A program made the position numbers and the translations under genes. Positions 54,044 to 64,000 of a DNA stretch of 64,000 nt are shown here, piece by piece (the first letter of the stretch is position 1; each line of letters opens with the position of its first letter). Source of the stretch: Octopus sinensis (Eukaryota). The notes beneath the pieces were generated by a model. That model was not told the DNA's origin. It ran no database searches and was given only the letters and a program-made list of their open reading frames with translations. Location: the NCBI RefSeq assembly GCF_006345805.1, contig NC_043005.1:61194001-61258000 (forward strand). Reading direction: 5' to 3'.

Positions 54044-54432
54044 CAGGAGTGGCTGTGTGGTAAGTAGCTTGCTAACCAACCACATGGTTCCGGGTTCAGT
54101 CCCACTGCGTGGCATCTTGGGCAAGTGTCTTCTGCTATAGCCCCGGGCCGACCAATGCCTTGTGAGTGGATTTGGTAGACGGAAACTGAAAGAAGCCTGT
54201 CGTATATATGTATATAGATATGTGTGTTTGTGTGTCTGTGTTTGTCCCCCTAGCATTGCTTGACAACTGATGCTGGTGTGTTTACGTCCCCGTCAATTAG
54301 CGGTTCGGCAAAAGAGACCGATAGAATAAGTACTGGGCTTACAAAGAATAAGCCCTGGGATCGATTTGATCGACTAAAGGCGGTGCTCCAGCATGGCCGC
54401 AGTCTGAAACAAGTAAAAGAGTAAAAGAGAGA
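54044..54432 (+). mobile_element. SINE family B, full length, low divergence
   Basis: CAGGAGTGGCTGTGTGGTAAG..GGTTCCGGGTTCAGTCCC head; short internal TA/TG tract; (GTAAAAGA)n tail. Confidence 0.92.
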
Positions 54433-54461
54433 GTAAACAATAAATTTTATATCATATAGCT

Positions 54462-55148
54462 ATACATTTGTTAATTGCAACAACACTGATGAGGCTGCGT
54501 GGGTTGTTACACCTTAAGGCAAACGTAAACAGACTGTATATGAAAAGAAAGGATGGTGCCAGAAGTGTAATTAGTATAGACCATTGTATAAGGAGTGAAA
54601 GGAGAACGCTTCCCGAGTATTTGATAAATAGTGATGAAGACCTGCTGCAATATGCCGCGAAAGATATGGCTGTAAATGCAAAGGAAATGATGGGCAAAGA
54701 AGAGTTTAACCAAACAGCTGAGGAGAAAAGAAGACCCTCTTGAAATGAGAATGCATAGACAATTTGATAGGAATACAGAAGACGTTAAGGATAATACAAT
54801 ATTGTGGGCATGGCTTGAACGATGTGATTTGAGACGTACCACCGAACGCCTGATCATGGCTGCACAAGATCAGGCTCTCGCAACCAATTCAGTGAAATAT
54901 AACATCTATAAAACTTCTGACACCCAGAAATACAGACTTTGTGGAAAGAGTGTGGAAAATGTGACCCACTTGGTGAGTGGATGTGAAGGCCTTGCACAAA
55001 AAGAATACAAGCACCGCTACGATAAAGTGTGTGTATCTTTAGTGGCTCTTATGCTGTAAATTCCAAAATGAAATAACAGAGAACTGGTGTGAGCTTGTGC
55101 CAAGTAAAGTTATGCAAGAGGATGGAAAAACAACGATGCACTGGGACT
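54462..55148 (+). mobile_element. R4/Dong-like LINE fragment (post-RT to CCHC)
   Basis: LHLKANVNRLYMKRKDGARSVISI..MHRQF..TERLIMAAQDQALATN..YRLCGKSVENVTHLVSGCEGLAQKEYKHRYDKV..HWD, cut before the endonuclease by a triplet array. Confidence 0.9.
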
Positions 55149-55167
55149 CCAATAATAATAATAATAA

Positions 55168-55198
<31 letters not shown>

Positions 55199-55252
55199 AA
55201 CAACAACAACAACAACAACAACAACAAGAAAGAGAAGAAGAAGAAGAAGAAG

Positions 55253-55287
<35 letters not shown>

Positions 55288-55395
55288 GAAAGAAGAAGAA
55301 GAAGAAGAGAAGAAGAAGAAGAAGAAGAAGAAGAAGAAGAAGAAGAGAAGAAGAAGAAGAAGAAGAAGAAGAAGAAGAAGAAGAAGAAGAAGAAT
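55149..55395. repeat. (AAT)/(AAG)/(AAC) compound microsatellite
   Basis: Directly visible. Confidence 0.95.
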
Positions 55396-55609
55396 AGTTT
55401 CTGACTTAGGTACAAGGTCGGGAAGCAGGTCATTGCCACAATCCCTATCTGGAACACATGTTACAAGCCTCCTAGGAAGAAAGAGAAAATCCAGCTCGTC
55501 GGCAGAATATGAACATAAAACGCAAATGGCGTCAATAAATATTTTGTGCATTGGTCTAATAATTCTTACAATCCTTTACCTTATGGCATTGATGTCAAGC
55601 AAATGGTCA

Positions 55610-55795
55610 TGAATTCAGTGAAGGGGCTTAGTCGATACTATCCATCCCAGTATTGAAGTAGTACTTTATTTTATCGACCTAGGAGAGATCAAAGGCAGAG
55701 GTGACCTCAGTAGGGATAGAACTTAGGATGTAAAGAGCCGGAATACATATTGCAAGCCATTTTCTCCGGCGCTTTGACAATCCTGCCATGCTCTG
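55610..55795 (-). mobile_element. SINE family A, diverged
   Basis: TTAGTCGATAC..TACTTTATTTTATCGACC..AAAGGCAGAGGTGACCTC..AAGCCATTTTCTCCGGCG. Confidence 0.7.
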
Positions 55796-57296
55796 GCCTG
55801 ACCAAAATAACAATGATATATATGTATATTATGCACACGACAGCATGAATCAGAATGAGTGAAATAAATTCAAATATTAGATAATATTAGCTACTAGAAA
55901 AAATTATCAAAATTTTTAACGAATTACCATAAAATCACAAATTGCCCTCAAATCACATACTGGAGTCTTTACCGCCAGAGAATATCATGGATAATGTCTA
56001 GAAAAATATTGAAAAAAAAGCTGGATTGCCGCTGCTGAAACATCTTCAATTATCCACAACTGGATTATTATAAGCCTGAACAAGAGGTCATTTAGGGAAC
56101 ATATATTTAATTGCTCGACGTGGTAGAAATACTAACTAAATCTCCCACGCATCACACACTCTAGTCTGTAAAAAACAGCTGGACACATTAGGTGAAAAAT
56201 CCATTGTATATTATGAAGTATAGTTAATATATTTACGAACACACAAATCTGCCTAAATTTATATTCTTCAGTTTGAAAAGAGACGGGTATAGTGTTTATT
56301 GCGCTCCTAGATACACAATGCCCGAGAAAAGTACACGGTTGATTAACGCTGAAGAACTATCTAGGAAAGTTGTGCTACGGCAAGGAAACCCTAAAAGCTA
56401 ACGGTAATAGTAACAACATCAAGGAAAACGAAAATTTGATAAGATTCCTGAAGAGGATCTAATGAATTTGGATTACGGCGTGAGAACGCTAAGAAGTGAT
56501 ATGTATAACTGCAATGCTATTAGCAGTTCGAATATTTCAGAGGCACGTTCTGACATGTAAACAAATCATTAACTTTATTCTGTCATGGAGAAAATTTACA
56601 CCTAAATCAGCTCGCAGCGTCACCTATACAGACTGTGAGATGCAAACATTTCGGAGTGATTATCTCCCTTTCAATCACAGAACCCGAACGGTGACACTGC
56701 GAGCTGATAAGAGAAACAATCTCTTTTATACTATTTCAGTCAACATACGTCGGCTGGTAGCGCTAAACGACAGCTCATCGTAATTAAATTACAGAGTGCC
56801 TCAGTCCGCACCAATTGTTTACAACCAGAAATTTCTTCATAACAAAACACAGCGAATGGCTCGTTTGCAAGTCCGAACGTCTCACTGGCATATCTGAACT
56901 GGTAATGACATTTCATTACTATGTAGCATAGATAACATTGCATTAATATGTATCATACATAGAAATACAAATGGCAGATAGATTGATTAAATGTTATTGG
57001 AATGTCCAGTTTCGTTCCATCATTACGTTTTTATTTCTAACAGGCCGAATTCACTCTGCATTTCATCCTGTACAGATATTCTTGTTGCTGCTTTTGACTC
57101 TTACTTAGGTCCAGATCAGTTCTATCAAGCACGTTTATTATCGAATCGATGTCACTTTTGTTGTATCTAGGTACAAAAGTTTTATAGTTAATTTTTCATT
57201 TATTTTCTCAATTTAAAGACCTACTTTCCGTTTCGATCCCAATGTGCCTTAACTCCAGTTCTTAATGAAATTTGGTAACTGAAATAATACAGAAAC

Positions 57297-57427
57297 CTGC
57301 GGGAAGAACAGTCCCTGTTCCTGGTTGATAGTTAGCACCATAACCTACCCTTCGTATATCTGTAATGGAACCTAATATACTTAATGCATTCAGATCAGTA
57401 TCCATCTGAGGATAACTTCCTTTCATT
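57297..57427 (-). CDS. Candidate coding exon of unknown gene (MKGSYPQMDTDLNALSILGSITDIRRVGYGANYQPGTGTVLPA)
   Basis: Unique, protein-like translation; pyrimidine-rich ..GACAG acceptor and GCAG|GTTTCT donor (weak). No recognised homology. Confidence 0.3.
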
Positions 57428-60400
57428 CTGTCATTCACAGAGGTTTCGAAAAAGAGTAACGGGGTTAAAACTTCTCATTGGTTCGCCAACGCATATTTAA
57501 AAGTAATATATGTAGCACACATATAAACATGTCACTTTTGCCCGGAGATTGAAAACATGAGCAGACTTAATCGATTTATGAACCTTATTGGGTCCCCATC
57601 AGAGGTATCTACCCCAATTGACCAAATCTCGAGAAATAAACAATCTGTTTATATCCTCAACAATTCCTGTAGCTCCAGATAACTGGTGCTACGAATTTTT
57701 ATATTTAGTACTTTATGTAAAACCAGTGGCTTGTCAATGGGGATCTCAGTCTACATGTGTTAAAACGTTACTGATTTATACATAATTTTGTTATGTCCTT
57801 GTATAAGAAATCGTTATTTAGAAATAGACTTCTCAAAGATGAAGTGACATATCTAAGGCTATTTTTATTGTCTTTATATTCATCTCGTATATGATTCGAT
57901 GACGTTTGTTGTTAATATAGTAATCAAATATTGTATGATTGACGTACAGAGCGTTAAGTTTATAACAACGCAATAAAACAAAACTGTGCATATGAGTTTT
58001 ATTATTTTACAAAATATATCCGCCAGTCTTTCGTTTGTATGGTTGCAGCAGTGACTTTAGAGACATATTGTCAAATAGTTATACAAATAAGCTAAGGATT
58101 TTTCCTTAGAATCTGTCAGCGTATTATTTACAAAGTATTTGAAATTACATAATAATTCATCAGATTCCAAGCTATTACAAAGATTTTGTTTTTATTATTA
58201 TTATTTTTAATGACAGAAGAGAAAGGGTTGGAATGTGGTAATAGTTAGATTTAAAACTGTCGAATGCATTGCTGTAGATGTTTAGACCACGATTCAACTC
58301 CTTGTGAGGTCAGCTTCGTTCCCATGCATCAGGCGTCGAAAAACGAATTAACATGGTTAACTCTGTACGACGTAACCGAGTGGACCTTCCGGGTGATTTT
58401 GTCAAATGCAGTATATTTCACACGGACACTAAAACACTTTAAAAAGGACCTTTTTGTATTTACTTGTCTTTATTGTTGTTGTTGCTTAGTCTCACATCAC
58501 ACGTGATAGAGCCAACGTATGATAAAAGGCAAAGCAACCATATCATTTTGTATTTTCTTTTTAGATATAATAAGTGCATCTAAGAATATATTTTATTCAA
58601 CGTTTCCCCCTTTTTTTCTGCTAAGACGGATATATTGTAGTTTGGGGATATCTCAGCTATTATTTCTATCTGATCAATCCAATTTGTAGAAGCCCAAACA
58701 TATTTAGTTTGTGATAATATGGTTTCGACTTTTCAGTAACGTTATAGATAATTAACGAATACCAGTGACATACCTTGATACGAATTACCCCATTTGCCAG
58801 GCAAATTTGCTATGACAACATCGAGGGATGAATTCTTAACAAGCATCTGTCCAGAAGGATTCTAACAATGTGACGATACTTTTTCTATTGAAAAGTAACA
58901 CATAGGTTTATTTGCTTTCATCGTGTTCTAGCATGTTTTTCTAAATAGTGGGTGTAATGTTCTTCTGGACGGTTTGTGAACAAATAGTCACACCTATGCT
59001 CCCAACATACTCCAAAATGGCTACAGTGCTTTTTAATAAGAAAAAGTCGTATTTATTGTGTCTATCGTTGTTTAAGATTGGTAAAGAGTGATCTGAGAGA
59101 CACTCAATTGCGAAGCGGAGCCCTACGTTGGCAATTCAATGTTTGATCCTTGTACGAGGTACCTTGTGAAATGCCTGTCGTGGAGAATCAGTTATTTTCC
59201 AATGCTCTGACAGTGACACCATCAACCTGCTAACTTTTGAATTTAAATGACTCTTTAATCTGGCATTTTCACTTGATTCATGTTACACTACTATTGTAGT
59301 TGCTATTTTTACAGTAGAATTTAGTTATGTTATATGAACAGAATTTGGTTGTAAATTGATTTGATTTGATAGAAATCTAATACAAACTATTCAAACGTTC
59401 AATTCACAAAAATACTTTACAAATCGAATTGAATAATCTAAAATGAAATATACTGCATAATCATTTATGTCTATTTAAATTGTGTTTTTAAGATGAGAAA
59501 AATATATTCTTAATTGATTCGATTTAGGTTAAAACTTTAGTTTGCTCACTCAAATGCTTCGATTCTAATTTATTTAAAATTTATTTTCATCTTGGTTTGG
59601 CTTTTGCATAATTATATTTTTCAGTGACTCAAAATGATACAATGTATTTCACTCTCTGTGTAAATGATTTTGTATGCTTCCGTTATTTGTATTTTAATAT
59701 ATTTATTATTGTCTATGATACATTCTGGAAAATATATTTCCGGAAATCAGACAGACTTTATATAAGGAATCACCAGCTGTTTTGCTCATCTGTCTTTTTC
59801 ATGCAACAGATTCCTTCTACATTTTTTCACTAGAATGTATTATTATTTCATTTCAAACTTGCATCTAAGATAACATCAAGAACATCGTGTTTTGAAACAT
59901 ACGTAGAATATTTTTCCTCTTTATCTAAACATTTTCTTCTTTAAGATGTATTATGCAATATATTTTTCTTCCAATTCAAATTGCTGCTGCAAACTCCAGC
60001 GCAACGTAATTCATTGTTATTCTTCAGATTAAGAAAGGAAAATATTTCTTATACACACACGCTTGCGTACACACACATACACACACGCATATACGGGCAT
60101 GCTCACACATAAGTGTATATATATATGTGTGTGTGTGTACATATATATGCCTAAACTCACGCCCATATATATATAAGTATATGGATATATGAAAAAAATG
60201 CATGAAGCAAAAGACATTTCTAAACGACGCACAATATTTCAATGCACCACTGAATAAATAATCTAATTCACGTTCGAGAATAAGTTTGTATATTGTAAAC
60301 CGTCTAACTAGGGAGAATGGACGCCGAGGAGAAGCAATGAGAGGGAAATGTTCGTTTCTCAAGCTAAACCGTCTCTTCTGCATGTTTTAATGTACAGTAT

Positions 60401-60758
60401 ATTCTAATATATTTGATTATGTTATGTGTAGTATGCTTAAAATTTACAAATCTATTGTACTTTATGGCACACTAGAGACATGGTTTTGTTACAGGCTAGT
60501 TTTATACACACATACATATGAATATATGTATACATGCACACATAGATACGTATGTTTATAAATATGTGTATGTATCCGTATATATTCATATAAAAACATA
60601 TATATGTATAGTTATGTATGAGTGTGTATGCATTCGCACTCACATATATTTGTATGTACATATACATATATATATTAAGAGAGACAGCCAGGCTACTAGA
60701 AAGTGGTGCGAGGTAGACTTACAACTATACACACGTACATATCTCTATAATTATGCAT

Positions 60759-60881
60759 ATACATCTGTGCGTGTGTATAGATATATATACATACATATAC
60801 GCACACATACATAGGTACACACACATACATGCATGCATACATACATGCATGCATACATACATACATACATACATACATACA

Positions 60882-60912
<31 letters not shown>

Positions 60913-61007
60913 TTCCATACATCTGTGCGTGTGTATAGATATACATACATACATATACGCACACATAAAGAGGTACACACACATACATGCATACATACAT
61001 GCATACA

Positions 61008-61038
<31 letters not shown>

Positions 61039-61191
61039 CTCCATACATACATACATACATACATACACATACATACATACATACATACATATTTCCATAC
61101 ATCTGTGCGTGTGTATAGATATACATACATACATATACGCACACATAAAGAGGTACACACACATACATGCATACATACATGCATACATACA

Positions 61192-61222
<31 letters not shown>

Positions 61223-61280
61223 CTCCATACATACATACATACATACATACATACATACATACATACATACATACATACAT
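60759..61280 (+). repeat. Higher-order tandem repeat (158/180-bp units) built on (ATAC)n
   Basis: ATACATCTGTGCGTGTGTATAG recurs at 60759, 60917 and 61097; 60901-61020 is identical to 61081-61200. Confidence 0.9.
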
Positions 61281-61671
61281 AGGTTACTATCAAAGCAAAC
61301 ATGTTTCTAGACTGCAAAAAAATACATTTGATGTGAAGTGCATTAGAAGAAATACTTCAGCCACAGAAAGATTAAATAACAGCATCGAAATATGGTAAGA
61401 AAAGGAAATCAAGATTAACGAAAAAAAAAAAAATCACTCACGGAAAAACCGAAACGCACACACACACATGCGTGTATGAAGAATCCTGCCCGCGCAAACA
61501 CAAGGATATATGTGAATGTGAGCATGCATGATAGCGTTTGTGTGCAGAATAGAGTGGGTTTTAAAATACGCAAAACAGAAGTTACGAAATCGAACCAGCG
61601 AGCTGCTCCAGCTGGCCCCAATCAAATGACTGAAACTAGTAAAAGAGCATATATATATATATATATATATA

Positions 61672-61881
61672 GGGAGAGTTTACGAAAAAAACATAAGGCG
61701 AAGACACGTATTGTGCAAAACAAACAGATGTATTAGTATAACGCTTAGGAATAGAAAAAGTCTTTTACGTTTCGAGCCTACGCTCTTCTACAGAAAGGGA
61801 CACAGAAAAAAAACAAAGAGAGAAAGAAGGAGAGGAAAAAAGGAGAGAAAAAAATGTGTGTAGTGGCTAACGATCTATCAT
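61672..61881 (-). mobile_element. ~200-bp non-autonomous element carrying a hammerhead-like motif, copy 2
   Basis: Same boundaries and body as 35034-35234; abuts (TA)n and a CA tract. Confidence 0.85.
61762..61797 (-). ncRNA. Minimal type I hammerhead-like motif (CUGUAGA variant; palindromic ACGU stem III)
   Basis: CUUU-CUGUAGAA-GAGC-GUAG-GCUC-GAA-ACGU-A-AAAG. Confidence 0.55.
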
Positions 61882-61964
61882 AAACACACACACGCACACA
61901 CACACGCACGCACATACGTACACGTATGTACGTGTGTGTGTAAATGTATTTTTGGTAACTTTTA

Positions 61965-62200
61965 TCTTTTACTTCATTCATTTTACTGTAGCCATGCTGG
62001 GACATGACAGGAACGCTTTTAATCGAATGAATAGACTACATCATTTCTTAAAGCCTGGTACTTCTTCTATCGGATGTTGTTTGCTAAAAAGCTAGGTTAC
62101 AGGGACATAAGCAAACCTAAATCTTTTTTCAAGCGAAGATGGTTGAAAAGCACAAACACACAGAGGCACACACACAAGCACACACAGGCACACACACACA
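61965..62200 (-). mobile_element. SINE family B 3' fragment, diverged
   Basis: TTTTACTT..GCCATGCTGG..TTTAATCGA..CTATCGG..AACACACAGA. Confidence 0.6.
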
Positions 62201-62899
62201 CATATATATATATATATGTACATAATCATAAATATCAATGTATATATATTTTTAATGTAAACAGTATAAAGTTATGGACTACTGCTAGTTACATACATTG
62301 GAGATGTTTTCTAGGTAGGTTCTGATAACACGCATATTATCTCCAAGCAACCTTCTTACTTGAAGACACTATGCGTGTTATTAAATCCTGCCTAGACAAC
62401 ATAGCATCTCCAATGTATGAAACTATTAGCAGTCCATAAATTTATACTGTGTGCATTAGATAATATTTATCTATCAACAGATGGAAAAATTCACTCACTG
62501 AGCTTTGGTCGACCTGGAGCGATTATGAAAGGTAATTAACAATGGTGTCACGCAGTGGGAACGGAAGGAACGCAGAACCATCTGGTTGGGATTCAGCAAA
62601 CCTCATACAATATAGTCTCAGCTGTGCCTAGAGGGACTGTGTATATTTGAAGAGGTACTTACCGAACTGTTTAAAATTCGGAGTATTTATAGCATTAAAG
62701 AGAAAGTTACTTCATTCTTGTACAATTTATAAATTGATGTGTAACCAGGACAATCGAATTCTTCCCCTTCTTTTACTCTACGGATATATGTAAGTTTGTG
62801 TGTGTTTTCATATATAATAATACGTCGAAATCCCACGGCCCGTAAAATTGTAATGGGGTGTTGTGTCAAAGTTATATTTGTTTCAAATTTCGGTACAAC

Positions 62900-63052
62900 G
62901 TCAGAAATTTCGAGGAAGGGAATAAGTCGATTCCATCGACCCCATGACTCGACTTTATTGTTTCGACCCCGAAAGGTAAAGTTGATCCCGGTGGAATTTG
63001 AACTCAGAAAGTATAGACGCATTTTATGCGGCATGCTAACGATTCTGTCAAA
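62900..63052 (-). mobile_element. SINE family A fragment
   Basis: TAAGTCGATT.CATCGACCCC..CGACCCCGAAAGG..GGAATTTGAACTCAGAA..GCTAACGATTCTG. Confidence 0.8.
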
Positions 63053-64000
63053 GTCATATTGAATACATGTAATTCCCACCAAATATGTTGAATATCTACT
63101 TTCGTTTGTTCAATCACACACGCACACACACGCACGCACACACACACGCACGCACACACACACATATACACACATACACAAACATACACATGCATATTCA
63201 TATTTGTTTAAAATTGATACAAACTGTTTCAAAACAACAAAAGAGAGAATCTTAATGCAAAAATAGAACTTCGAAAATGCAGAAGTATTCTCTTGTGTAA
63301 TTATTGAAAAATAAAGTATTTATTTATGTATTTATTGACAGCAACTCTCTTAAGTTGTTACATCCCATAAGAAGTGTCAAATAAAGTAGAAACATTGTAC
63401 GAGAGAAATGTGTCTACAAATGCGGTTTATTGTTGCAACCCTCTGTTACATATGCTCATTTCTAACGTGTTAAAAGACAAGCATAAATATACGAACATTA
63501 GAATAATGCTGATATCTAAAATTTCGATGGCGACTAGCTGGTATTTATTTGATAAATCCCAGATTGCTAGAAGTTACAGTCGCTATCGGAAATGAGTATT
63601 AAATACAAAACATAAAAGTATAAGCTATTATCACAAGACAAGGAAGTCCTACATTTCAGCGATTCTCTCACTCCACTTCTCTGTAGTTAAATCCAGAATA
63701 GATGCTCTGGGTAACTAATCGATATTAACATTATATATGAGTTTATATGTGTGTTTGTGAGTATGGTTGTATGTGTGGATGTAATCATTTGTGTACATAT
63801 GCACACACATTATTTTGTGTATCTGTGCGTGTGTATGTATGTATGTATGTATGTATGTATGTATGTATGTATGTATGTATGTATGTATGTATGTATAGAT
63901 GTTTCTGGATTGCTCTACATTTTATTTGGTGCTCCAGTATGACCGCAGTCAAATGACTGAAAGAAGCAAAAGAATATATATATATAGACCCCCGAATAAA

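Noticed and set aside
4938-54432. tRNA genes at A-box/B-box motifs
   Set aside because: The motifs are heads of multi-copy SINEs with non-tRNA bodies and tails; no complete cloverleaf is evident.
57262-57650. Long frame interrupted only by two TGA codons (selenoprotein or mitochondrial code)
   Set aside because: The upstream part is not protein-like, no SECIS or mitochondrial homology is recognisable, and an intron-exon reading explains it more simply.
60759-61280. CRISPR-like repeat-spacer array
   Set aside because: Eukaryotic context; the intervening sequences are (ATAC)n and are themselves repeated, and there are no cas genes.
1272-63956. Most ORFs in the track ([12 protein letters not shown], poly-L/N/K/R, LSIY, MYVC repeats)
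   Set aside because: They are translations of TA, CA, GATA, ATAC and triplet microsatellites, which lack stop codons in some frames.

Overview
AT-rich, microsatellite-saturated, intron/intergenic-type animal DNA. The SINE families and repeat load are most consistent with an octopus genome (inference). No intact protein-coding gene is recognisable, and nearly all ORFs in the supplied track are translations of simple repeats. The window holds about 30 copies or fragments of three tRNA-headed SINE families and at least five decayed R4/Dong-like LINE fragments. It also contains an L1/Tx1-like and an RTE (Rex3/Expander-like) 3' end, a Penelope-like element (GIY-YIG) present as two inverted copies, a Tc1/maT transposon end, a non-autonomous Helitron/Helentron-like element and a recent 1.14-kb tandem duplication. 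The most notable signal is a set of non-canonical minimal hammerhead-ribozyme-like folds in three different repeats: a UC-core variant in both Penelope arms, a CUGUAGA variant in a ~200-bp (TA)n-associated short element present twice, and a permuted decayed motif. Other observations are TSD-flanked SINE dimers sharing one junction, a perfect 100-bp inverted templated insertion, and several weak exon candidates. All family assignments come from motif recognition by eye, not database searches.
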